64,000 nucleotides of DNA from an uncultured Comamonadaceae bacterium (GTDB taxonomy: Bacteria > Pseudomonadota > Gammaproteobacteria > Burkholderiales > Burkholderiaceae_C), in contig CAXDTK010000001.1 of NCBI GenBank assembly GCA_963992225.1, positions 38,164 through 102,163 on the forward strand. The letters are read 5' to 3'. The notes beneath the pieces were generated by a model. That model saw nothing but the letters and a program-made list of their open reading frames with translations, ran no database searches and was not told the origin of the DNA. A program made the position numbers and the translations under genes. This document shows positions 55,619 to 64,000 of this stretch, piece after piece (position 1 is the stretch's first letter; each line of letters starts with the position of its first letter).

Positions 55619-56302
55619 GTGACATCAAGCGACGCCGCCACCATCCGGGTGGCCGTAGTGGGCGACTGGGTGCCCTCACAACTCGCCGACGTGCTGGCGC
55701 TTCAGCGCTCCCAGGAGCCCGAAACAACCGCCGCTCTGGTTGCATGTTCCGCTGCGGAGCCGGCCCGAGCGCCGTCACCAGGCAGTCGCATCGACTTCGC
55801 AGTGTCCATGATTGAGTTGGACTGGCCAGGCTGGGTGTGCGAGCCGCTGTGGACCGACAGGCTCGCGGTCGCCGTTGCCAAACGCTCCCACCTCTTGGCC
55901 TACCGCGAAGTGCCTCGCAATGAGTTGCCGAAGCAGCCAGTGATCTGCGCCCAGTCAACTGCCCGTGAACCCTGGGATGCCGTGGTGCACTGCATGCTCG
56001 TCGACACGCCACAGGACCAGGGATCGCGAGTCAGCACCTTCGACATGGCGATGACACTCGTCGCCGCTGGATACGGCATCGCCATCGCGCCCGTTGCTCG
56101 GCTGGCGGGCTACCAGTGCAGAGGCATTGCAATGCGGCCGCTTGCGAACGCACCAACGATCGTGATGGCTTACCTGCTTCACCCCTGTGCGTCATTGGCG
56201 GGCCACCAGCAGAGATTCGCACGTCGCGCCCGCTTGATGTCAGGCGCAAAGAACCAAAGCGCAGAGCAACCAAGGATGAACAAGGCCGGCAGGTCGGAAT
56301 GA
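55619..56302 (+). CDS. LysR substrate-binding domain only (no HTH); possibly a remnant
   Basis: TIRVAV, PLWTDRLAVAV, LLAYREVP, MTLVAAGYGIA; GGAGG 10 nt before GTG. Confidence 0.6.
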   Translation: MTSSDAATIRVAVVGDWVPSQLADVLALQRSQEPETTAALVACSAAEPARAPSPGSRIDFAVSMIELDWPGWVCEPLWTDRLAVAVAKRSHLLAYREVPRNELPKQPVICAQSTAREPWDAVVHCMLVDTPQDQGSRVSTFDMAMTLVAAGYGIAIAPVARLAGYQCRGIAMRPLANAPTIVMAYLLHPCASLAGHQQRFARRARLMSGAKNQSAEQPRMNKAGRSE

Positions 56303-56305
56303 GCA

Positions 56306-57706
56306 CTACCGAGCAGCATACGGCTCAGCTACCCGCTCGTTCTCGTCGATGCGCAACTGCTTGCCCAAGGCGGGAAATGCGCGTTGAGCACAGCCTTCAC
56401 GATCACAGAGCTTGCAGCCGGGGCCAATGGGTGTTGCGCTGCCAGGTTCGCCCAAATCCAGTCCCTTGGCATAGACGAGTTGGCTGGCATGCCGAAGGTC
56501 GCAACCCAGGCCAATCGCAAACTCTCTACTCGGTGAGCCATAGCCGCCCGTGGGTCGAGATTCGCAATGGGCAATCCATAAGTAGCTTCGCCCATCCGGC
56601 ATGCCAGCGATCTGCGTGAGTACGCGGCCTGGTCGGGCGAAGGCCTCATAGACGTTCCACAGCGGGCAGGTGCCGCCGCTGCGAGAGAAGTGAAAGTCCG
56701 TGGCCGACTGGCGCTTGGAGATGTTGCCGGCGCGGTCCACGCGAACGAAGAAGAACGGCACGCCACGGGCCTCGCGGCGCTGCAGCGTGGACAGGCGGTG
56801 GCACACCGTCTCGAAGCTCACGCCGAAGCGGCGGGCCAGCAGCGCGATGTCGTACCGCAATTCCTGGGTGGCGGCGAGGAACCGGCCGTAGGGCAGCACT
56901 AGCGCCCCAGCGAAGTAGCTGGCTAAGCCAATGCGGGCCAATGCCACCGCCTCGGTGCTAAAGGCGTTGGAGGCAACAAGCCGGTCAATCTCCGCGCCGG
57001 CCTCCAGGTAAGCGAGTTGGGTCGCGAGTTGGAACGCGCGCTGACCGGCGGAAAGCGTGTCGGACAGCAGTAGCAGGCGCTGGGCGGGCTCGAAGCGTCG
57101 CAGTCGCTCCTCCGGCAGGCTTTGCACCTGGATGCGGTGTGCGGCGAGCAAGTGGGCTTCCAACTTGGGTGCCAGGTCCTGCGTGCTGTCGGCAACGCCG
57201 AGTTGGGAGGACAGCGCCTCGGCAGCGCGATCCAATTCGTCCATGTGGTTGTGGTGGGCGTAGAAGAAGTCGCGCACCTCCTCGTGCGGCCCTTGGCTGG
57301 CCGCCAAGCCGCTGTCGCGGTCGCCTAGCCCCAAGCTCGCAAGACGTTGCTCGGCCCCACGGGCGCGACTTTGAAGACGCAGCAGCAACTGGGCCATTGC
57401 TGGCATCTGCTGCGCGAGCGTGCGCAGTTCGGCATCCGGCACGCCGCCCGGCACGGCGACCTCGGTCACGATCTCATGAAGTTGTGCGAACAGCCGGGCC
57501 TCATCGTCCTCGGAGAAGAACTGTAGGTCGATGCCCAGCGACGACTGCAGGCGCAGCAGCACGGCAACGCTCAGGGGGCGCTCGTTGTTTTCAAGCTGAT
57601 TCACGTAGCTCGGCGAGAGCTTGAGCACTTGTGCCAGGGCTACCTGGGTCAGGCCACGCTGCTCTCGCAGCGTCTTGAGCTTCACGCCCAGAAAGGTCTT
57701 GCGCAT
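56306..57706 (-). CDS. RamB/PrpR-type XRE regulator of the prp cluster
   Basis: MRKTFLGVKLKTLREQRGLTQ, RVDRAGNISKRQSA, GGTCPLW, IGPGCKLCDREGCAQRAFP. Confidence 0.9.
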   Translation of the reverse strand: MRKTFLGVKLKTLREQRGLTQVALAQVLKLSPSYVNQLENNERPLSVAVLLRLQSSLGIDLQFFSEDDEARLFAQLHEIVTEVAVPGGVPDAELRTLAQQMPAMAQLLLRLQSRARGAEQRLASLGLGDRDSGLAASQGPHEEVRDFFYAHHNHMDELDRAAEALSSQLGVADSTQDLAPKLEAHLLAAHRIQVQSLPEERLRRFEPAQRLLLLSDTLSAGQRAFQLATQLAYLEAGAEIDRLVASNAFSTEAVALARIGLASYFAGALVLPYGRFLAATQELRYDIALLARRFGVSFETVCHRLSTLQRREARGVPFFFVRVDRAGNISKRQSATDFHFSRSGGTCPLWNVYEAFARPGRVLTQIAGMPDGRSYLWIAHCESRPTGGYGSPSREFAIGLGCDLRHASQLVYAKGLDLGEPGSATPIGPGCKLCDREGCAQRAFPALGKQLRIDENERVAEPYAAR

Positions 57707-57725
57707 AAGAATGGGGCTCTGAATA

Positions 57726-57817
57726 TTCGCAAATATCGCAAACTGCATCAAAAACCTTCGCATTCATTGGCAATTTTAGTCATTGAGTACCAAAGAAGTG
57801 GATGCGAAGATTGCGAA
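57726..57817. promoter_or_regulatory. Cluster of (T/A)TCGCAAA-like boxes in the divergent prp promoter
   Basis: TTCGCAAA 57726, ATCGCAAA 57735, CTTCGCA, inverted ATGCGAA 57802 and TTGCGAA 57811; resembles 869-918. Confidence 0.55.
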
Positions 57818-57840
57818 TAATACGACTTTCCCTCCCCACC

Positions 57841-58281
57841 ATGGACTGGATCAAGACTTTGGCTTCCACACCGCTGAACGAGTTGAACCGCACTGAGCTG
57901 GTGCTGCCTCAGCAATCCAACCACTACGGCACGCTCTTCGGTCCTGAGGCCTTGTCGATGCTCGGCAAGACCGCGTATCTAGCCGCTGCACGCTTCAGTC
58001 GTCAGTCAGTCGTGATGGCCGCATCGCGTGGCATCGAGTTCCTGGCCCCGATCGCCATCGGCTCGCTGTTGCACCTGCATGCGCGCGTCACGCGGCTGGG
58101 CCGCAGCTCAATGACGGTGGACGTGCGCGCCGCGCTGGATGCGGCGCCCGGCACCAAGCCGCAAGAAGTGCTGCGCGCCAGCTTCGAGATGGTGTCTGTC
58201 AACGCCAATGGCCGTCCGGTGCCGCTGGAGCCCCGCGATGACGGCCTGATGCCCGCAGCTCTGAACGATCAAGCCCACTGA
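57841..58281 (+). CDS. HotDog-fold acyl-CoA thioesterase
   Basis: [44 protein letters not shown]. Confidence 0.85.
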   Translation: MDWIKTLASTPLNELNRTELVLPQQSNHYGTLFGPEALSMLGKTAYLAAARFSRQSVVMAASRGIEFLAPIAIGSLLHLHARVTRLGRSSMTVDVRAALDAAPGTKPQEVLRASFEMVSVNANGRPVPLEPRDDGLMPAALNDQAH

Positions 58282-58301
58282 ATTTCCTGGAGAACATGCC
58301 C

Positions 58302-59456
58302 ATGAGCGAAACCCCGACCACCGGCTTCAAGCCGAAGAAATCTGTGGCGCTGTCCGGCGTGACGGCCGGCAATACCGCGCTGTGCACCGTCGGCCGCAGC
58401 GGCAACGACCTGCATTACCGCGGCTACGACATCCTGGACATCGCCGAGGTCTGCGAGTTCGAGGAGATCGCCCACCTGCTGGTGCACGGCAAGCTGCCCA
58501 CGCGCGCCGAGTTGCGCGCCTACAAGGCCAAGCTCAGGGCCATGCGCGGCTTGCCTGCCAGTGTGAAAGAGTCGCTGGAACGCTTGCCCGCTGGCGCCCA
58601 CCCGATGGACGTGATGCGCACCGGCGTGTCGGCGCTGGGCTGCATCCTGCCCGAGAAGGACGACCACAGCCTGCCCGGCGCCCGCGACATCGCCGACCGG
58701 CTCATGGCCAGCCTGGGCTCCATGCTGCTGTACTGGTATCACTGGAGCACGCAGGGCCGCCGCATCGAGGTGGAGACGGACGACGACTCCATCGGCGGCC
58801 ACTTCCTGCGTCTGCTGCACGGCACGACGCCGCCTGAGAGCTGGGTGCGCGCCATGCACACGTCGCTCAACCTCTATGCCGAGCATGAGTTCAACGCTAG
58901 CACCTTCACCGCGCGCGTCATCGCCGGCACGGGCAGCGACATGTACTCGTCCATTGCCGGCGCCATCGGCGCGCTGCGCGGCCCCAAGCATGGTGGCGCC
59001 AACGAGGTGGCCTTCGAGATTCAGAAGCGCTATGACAACCCGAACGAGGCTGAGGCGGACATCCGCCGCCGCGTGGAGGCCAAGGAGGTGGTCATCGGCT
59101 TCGGCCACCCGGTCTACACCGTCAGCGACCCGCGCAACGTCGTCATCAAGGGCGTGGCCAGGAGCCTATCGGACGAGGCGGGCTCCACCAAGATGTTTGA
59201 CATCGCAGAACGGCTGGAGTCAGTCATGTGGGACGTCAAGAAAATGTTCCCCAACCTCGACTGGTTCAGCGCCGTCAGCTATCACATGATGGGCGTGCCC
59301 ACGGCGATGTTCACGCCTCTGTTCGTCATCTCCCGCACCAGCGGTTGGGCCGCGCACGTCATCGAGCAGCGCGTGGACAACAAGATCATTCGCCCCAGCG
59401 CGAATTACACCGGCCCTGAAGACCAGCGCTTCGTGCCCATTGACGAACGCGCATGA
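58302..59456 (+). CDS. prpC: 2-methylcitrate synthase
   Basis: [56 protein letters not shown]. Confidence 0.95.
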   Translation: MSETPTTGFKPKKSVALSGVTAGNTALCTVGRSGNDLHYRGYDILDIAEVCEFEEIAHLLVHGKLPTRAELRAYKAKLRAMRGLPASVKESLERLPAGAHPMDVMRTGVSALGCILPEKDDHSLPGARDIADRLMASLGSMLLYWYHWSTQGRRIEVETDDDSIGGHFLRLLHGTTPPESWVRAMHTSLNLYAEHEFNASTFTARVIAGTGSDMYSSIAGAIGALRGPKHGGANEVAFEIQKRYDNPNEAEADIRRRVEAKEVVIGFGHPVYTVSDPRNVVIKGVARSLSDEAGSTKMFDIAERLESVMWDVKKMFPNLDWFSAVSYHMMGVPTAMFTPLFVISRTSGWAAHVIEQRVDNKIIRPSANYTGPEDQRFVPIDERA

Positions 59457-62077
59457 GTTCCCAGTTCCGCAAGCCCCTGCCCGGCACGGCGCTGGACTGG
59501 TTCGACGCCCGCGAAGCTGTTGACGCGATCCGCCCGGGCGCGTGGGCGATGCTGCCCTACACAGCGCGTGTCCATGCCGAGAACCTGGTCCGATGCGCGG
59601 ACCCCGAACATCTGAACAGCTACCTGCTGCAACTCATAGAGCGCCGACGTGACCTGGACTTCCCATGGTTCCCGGTTCGCGTGGTCTGTCACGACATCCT
59701 AGGTCAGACTGCGTTAGTGGACCTGGCCGGTTTGCGTGACGCGATCGCGGCCCAAGGCGGCGACCCGGCCGCGGTGAACCCCGTCGTGCCTGTGCAGCTC
59801 ATTGTGGACCATTCGCTGGCCGTGGAGTGCGGCGGCTTCGACCCCGATGCCTTCCGCAAGAACCGTGAAATCGAGGACCGCCGCAATGAGGACCGTTTCC
59901 ACTTCATCGAGTGGACCAAGTCGGCCTTCGACAACGTGGACGTCATCCCGGCGGGCAACGGCATCATGCACCAGATCAACCTGGAGAAGATGTCGCCGGT
60001 GGTTTATGTCCGCGAGGGCGTGGCCTTCCCGGATACCTGCGTTGGTACCGACAGCCACACACCGCACGTCGACGCCTTGGGCGTCATCGCCGTGGGCGTG
60101 GGCGGGCTGGAGGCGGAGAACGTCATGCTGGGCCGCGCATCGTGGATGCGGTTGCCGGACATCGCTGGCGTCGAGCTGACCGGCTGCCGCCAACCAGGCA
60201 TCACGGCGACCGACATCGTGCTGGCGCTGACTGAGTTCCTGCGCCAGCAGAAGGTCGTGGGTGCCTACCTGGAGTTCTTCGGTGAAGGCGCCGAGAGCCT
60301 GTCCATCGGAGACCGCGCGACCATCGCCAACATGTGCCCTGAGTACGGCGCGACCGCCGCTCTGTTCTATATCGACTCGCAGACCATCGACTACCTGAAG
60401 CTCACCGGCCGAGACGACGCGCAGGTGCGCCTCGTAGAGCACTACGCTCGCACGGCAGGTTTCTGGGCCAGCGAACTGAAAGCGGCCCAGTATGAGCGCA
60501 CGTTGCGCTTTGACCTCGGCAGTGTGGTACGCAACATGGCCGGTCCGTCCAATCCACACCGCCGGCTGCCGACCTCGGCGCTCCGCGAGCGAGGCATCGC
60601 GGTGGATTTGGACAAGGCTCACGCCCAGGAGGCGCGGGGCCAGATGCCCGATGGCGCTGTCATCATCGCGGCGATCACGAGCTGCACGAACACCAGCAAC
60701 CCGCGCAACGTCATCGCCGCCGGCTTGCTGGCGATGAAAGCCAACCGCCTGGGCCTCGTGCGTAAGCCATGGGTCAAGACCTCGCTGGCGCCGGGCTCAA
60801 AGGCCGTGGAGCTGTACCTGAAGGAGGCCGGGCTGCTGCACGAACTGGAAAAGCTCGGCTTCGGCATCGTCGCCTTCGCCTGCACAACCTGCAATGGCAT
60901 GAGCGGCGCGCTGGACCCGAAGATCCAGCAGGAGATCATCGACCGCGATCTGTACGCCACTGCCGTGCTGTCCGGCAACCGCAACTTCGACGGCCGCATC
61001 CATCCCTACGCGAAGCAGGCTTTCCTCGCGTCTCCGCCGTTGGTCGTCGCATACGCGTTGGCTGGCACGGTGCGTTTCGACATCGAAAACGATGTACTGG
61101 GCACCGTGGACGGACGAGAAGTACGCCTGAAGGATCTCTGGCCCGCTGACGAGGAGATCGACGCAGTGGTGCGTACCGCCGTGAAGCCGGAGCAATACCG
61201 CGCGGTCTACGACCCAATGTTTGCCATCCGCCCCGTGGAGGCCGAGCGCGCCGCGCCGCAATACAACTGGCGCCCGCAGTCCACCTACATCCGCCGCCCC
61301 CCGTACTGGGACACTGAAGGCGTCGGCGCGCTGGCCGCCAACCCGCGCACGCTCACCGGCATGCGGCCACTAGCCATCCTGCCCGACAACATCACGACCG
61401 ACCATTTGTCACCGTCCAACGCCATCCTGCTCGACTCGGCGGCCGGCGAATACTTGGCAAAGATGGGTCTGCCCGAGAAGGACTTCAACTCTTACGCTAC
61501 CCACCGCGGCGACCACCTCACCGCGATGCGCGCCACTTTCGCCAACCCGACGCTGAAGAACGAGATGGTACGCAACGACGATGGCAGCGTGCGCGCGGGC
61601 TCGCTGGCGCGCGTGGAACCCGAAGGTCGCGTCATGCGCATGTGGGAGGCTATCGAGAGCTACCTGACCCGCCGCCAGCCGCTCATCGTCATCGCCGGCG
61701 CCGACTATGGCCAGGGTTCGTCGCGCGACTGGGCGGCCAAAGGAGTGCGCCTGGCCGGCGTCGAGGTCGTGGTGGCCGAGGGCTTCGAGCGCATCCACCG
61801 CACCAACCTGATCGGCATGGGCGTGCTGCCGCTGGAGTTCCAGTCCGGTACCAATCGGCTGACGCTGGGTCTCGACGGCAGCGAGACCTTCGACGTCATC
61901 GGCGAGCGCACGCCGCGGGCCGTCCTGACGCTGCGCATTCGCCACAAGAACGGCGAGACCGCCTCCGTGCCGGTGAAGTGCCGGCTGGACACCGCCGAGG
62001 AAGTCTCGGTCTACGAAGCCGGCGGCGTGCTGCAGCGCTTCGCGCAAGACTTCCTGGCCGCACGGAAGACCCCCTGA
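59453..62077 (+). CDS. acnD: Fe/S-dependent 2-methylisocitrate dehydratase
   Basis: [57 protein letters not shown]. Confidence 0.95.
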   Translation: MSSQFRKPLPGTALDWFDAREAVDAIRPGAWAMLPYTARVHAENLVRCADPEHLNSYLLQLIERRRDLDFPWFPVRVVCHDILGQTALVDLAGLRDAIAAQGGDPAAVNPVVPVQLIVDHSLAVECGGFDPDAFRKNREIEDRRNEDRFHFIEWTKSAFDNVDVIPAGNGIMHQINLEKMSPVVYVREGVAFPDTCVGTDSHTPHVDALGVIAVGVGGLEAENVMLGRASWMRLPDIAGVELTGCRQPGITATDIVLALTEFLRQQKVVGAYLEFFGEGAESLSIGDRATIANMCPEYGATAALFYIDSQTIDYLKLTGRDDAQVRLVEHYARTAGFWASELKAAQYERTLRFDLGSVVRNMAGPSNPHRRLPTSALRERGIAVDLDKAHAQEARGQMPDGAVIIAAITSCTNTSNPRNVIAAGLLAMKANRLGLVRKPWVKTSLAPGSKAVELYLKEAGLLHELEKLGFGIVAFACTTCNGMSGALDPKIQQEIIDRDLYATAVLSGNRNFDGRIHPYAKQAFLASPPLVVAYALAGTVRFDIENDVLGTVDGREVRLKDLWPADEEIDAVVRTAVKPEQYRAVYDPMFAIRPVEAERAAPQYNWRPQSTYIRRPPYWDTEGVGALAANPRTLTGMRPLAILPDNITTDHLSPSNAILLDSAAGEYLAKMGLPEKDFNSYATHRGDHLTAMRATFANPTLKNEMVRNDDGSVRAGSLARVEPEGRVMRMWEAIESYLTRRQPLIVIAGADYGQGSSRDWAAKGVRLAGVEVVVAEGFERIHRTNLIGMGVLPLEFQSGTNRLTLGLDGSETFDVIGERTPRAVLTLRIRHKNGETASVPVKCRLDTAEEVSVYEAGGVLQRFAQDFLAARKTP

Positions 62078-62084
62078 GGACGAC

Positions 62085-63278
62085 ATGACGCATCCCGCAC
62101 AGATTCGCATTCCCGCCACCTATATGCGCGGCGGCACCAGCAAGGGTGTGTTCTTCCGCCTGCAGGACTTGCCCGAGCCCTGCCAGCAGCCAGGTCCTGC
62201 GCGAGACCAACTGCTGCTGCGCGTGATCGGCAGCCCGGACCCCTACGGCAAGCAGATCGACGGCATGGGCGGCGCCACGTCGTCCACGTCCAAGACCGTC
62301 ATCGTGGCGCCGCCGACAAAACCCGGCCATGACGTGGACTACCTGTTCGGCCAGGTTTCCATCGACGGCGCCTTCGTGGACTGGTCTGGCAACTGCGGCA
62401 ACCTGTCCGCCGCGGTCGGTCCGTTCACCATCGCGAGCGGCCTGATGCCGGCCGACCGCGTGCCCGAAAACGGCATCTGCACGGTGCGCATCTGGCAGGC
62501 CAACATCGGCAAGACCATAGTGGCCCATGTGCCCATCACAAACGGCCAAGTGCAGGAGACTGGCGACTTCGAGTTAGACGGCGTCACCTTCCCGGCCGCC
62601 GAGGTGCAACTCGAATTTCTCGACCCCGCTGACGAAGGCGATGACGACAGTGGCGGTGCGATGTTCCCCACGGGCCGACTTGTCGATGACCTGGAAGTGC
62701 CGGGCATCGGTACGTTCAAGGCCACGCTCATCAATGCCGGCATTCCCACCATCTTCCTGAACGCGCAGGACATCGGCTACACCGGCACCGAGTCGCAGGA
62801 TGCGATCAACGGCGACGCCCTGGCGTTGTCCCGTTTCGAGACCATCCGGGCCCGGGGCGCTGTGAAGATGGGCCTCATCCGCGATGTGGCCGAGGCAGCC
62901 CAGCGCCAGCACACACCCAAGGTCGCTTTCGTGGCACCGCCGGCCAGCTACACGGCCTCCAGTGGCAAAGCCATTGAGGCCGGTGATGTGGACTTGCTCG
63001 TGCGCGCGATGTCCATGGGCAAACTGCACCACGCCATGATGGGCACGGCAGCCGTGGCCATCGGCACGGCGGCCGCCATCCCCGGCACACTGGTCAATCT
63101 CGCAGCCGGCGGCGGCGAGCGTCATGCCGTGCGCTTCGGCCATCCATCCGGCACGCTGCGGGTTGGTGCCGAGGCCCGGCAGGTCGATGGCCAGTGGACC
63201 GTCACCAAGGCCGTTATGAGCCGCAGCGCTCGCATCCTGATGGAAGGCTGGGTGCGTGTACCCAGCGACAGTTTCTAA
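62085..63278 (+). CDS. prpF: 2-methylaconitate cis-trans isomerase
   Basis: PATYMRGGTSKGVFF, GSPDPYGKQIDGMGG, SGNCGNL, MGKLHHAMMGT. Confidence 0.95.
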   Translation: MTHPAQIRIPATYMRGGTSKGVFFRLQDLPEPCQQPGPARDQLLLRVIGSPDPYGKQIDGMGGATSSTSKTVIVAPPTKPGHDVDYLFGQVSIDGAFVDWSGNCGNLSAAVGPFTIASGLMPADRVPENGICTVRIWQANIGKTIVAHVPITNGQVQETGDFELDGVTFPAAEVQLEFLDPADEGDDDSGGAMFPTGRLVDDLEVPGIGTFKATLINAGIPTIFLNAQDIGYTGTESQDAINGDALALSRFETIRARGAVKMGLIRDVAEAAQRQHTPKVAFVAPPASYTASSGKAIEAGDVDLLVRAMSMGKLHHAMMGTAAVAIGTAAAIPGTLVNLAAGGGERHAVRFGHPSGTLRVGAEARQVDGQWTVTKAVMSRSARILMEGWVRVPSDSF

Positions 63279-63292
63279 ACACGGAATTCCAG

Positions 63293-64000
63293 ATGTCTAC
63301 CCGCAAGCAACTCAAGTCCCTCGTCGGCGCGCGCCGTGGCGTGCTCGTGCCGGGCGCTTTCAACGCCTTGTCCGCTAAGGTCATAGAAGACCTCGGTTTC
63401 GAGGCTCTGTATGTCACCGGCGCCGGCGTCACCAACATGTGGTTTGGCATGCCTGACCAGGGCTTCATGGGCTTAGCCGAGATCGCCAACCACACGGCTC
63501 GCATCCGCGATGCCGTGAGCCTGCCGCTCATCGTTGATGCCGATACCGGCTTCGGCAATGCGCTGAACGTGTATCACTCCGTGCGCACGCTAGAGCGTGC
63601 CGGTGCCGACTGCATCCAACTCGAAGACCAGGTTGCCCCTAAGCGCTGCGGCCATTTCTCGGGTAAGGAGGTTATCTCCACCGAGGAGGCCGTCAGCAAG
63701 ATCCAAGCTGCCGTAGATGCGCGTCGTGATGCCGACTTCATGGTCATGGCCCGCACCGATGCTGCCGCCACGCTGGGCTTCGAGGCTGCCATCGAGCGCG
63801 CACAGAAGTTCGCCGAGGCGGGTGCGGACATTCTGTTCGTCGAAGCCGTCACGAAGGAGGACGAAGTGCGAGCGTTGCCCCAGCGGCTGTCCACGCCTCA
63901 GCTCATGAACATGGTCATCGGCGGCAAGACGCCCATCTTCAGGGCCGAGGAACTAGGACGTTTGGGCTACGGCATCGTGCTGTACGCCAACGCGGCTCTC
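63293..64000 (+). CDS. Isocitrate lyase/PEP mutase-family enzyme, probable methylisocitrate lyase role (runs off the right edge)
   Basis: Hand translation: PGAFNALSAK, IVDADTGFGN, QLEDQVAPKRCGH, ARTDA. Confidence 0.85.
   Translation, partial: MSTRKQLKSLVGARRGVLVPGAFNALSAKVIEDLGFEALYVTGAGVTNMWFGMPDQGFMGLAEIANHTARIRDAVSLPLIVDADTGFGNALNVYHSVRTLERAGADCIQLEDQVAPKRCGHFSGKEVISTEEAVSKIQAAVDARRDADFMVMARTDAAATLGFEAAIERAQKFAEAGADILFVEAVTKEDEVRALPQRLSTPQLMNMVIGGKTPIFRAEELGRLGYGIVLYANAAL

Overview
GC-rich bacterial DNA, probably betaproteobacterial (inference). Most of the window is the near-complete conserved core of an ICEclc/PFGI-1-class integrative conjugative element (about 2.6-55.5 kb). In order it carries a LysR/TciR-like regulator, the bisR-alpA-parA-shi-parB(bisD)-DUF2857(bisC)-STY4528 regulatory/replication block, inrR-like, DUF3158, ssb, topB, a 16-29 kb run of small ICE genes with an orphan N6-adenine MTase and SF2 helicase, the GI-type T4SS (pilL to traG), a PrlF-YhaV TA pair and a MobH relaxase. 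Two IS elements have visible IRs and target duplications (IS1595 23393-24478, IS1380 50480-52195). The core is flanked by two RamB/PrpR-family regulators, each divergent from propionyl-CoA-related genes (mmsA on the left; thioesterase-prpC-acnD-prpF-ICL family on the right). No integrase, tRNA or att site, CRISPR array or rRNA is visible. The most interesting signals, read by eye: (1) a lone PLD nuclease gene bracketed exactly by two copies of a 17-bp palindrome that recurs a third time; (2) a bipartite motif with a fixed 17-nt spacer upstream of 10 core transcription units; (3) five copies of a three-hairpin element with compensatory changes and UNCG loops, four of them at a near-fixed distance behind that motif; (4) recurrent structured leaders in front of about 11 genes; (5) a six-tract G-quadruplex motif upstream of the relaxase; (6) a candidate entry-exclusion gene.
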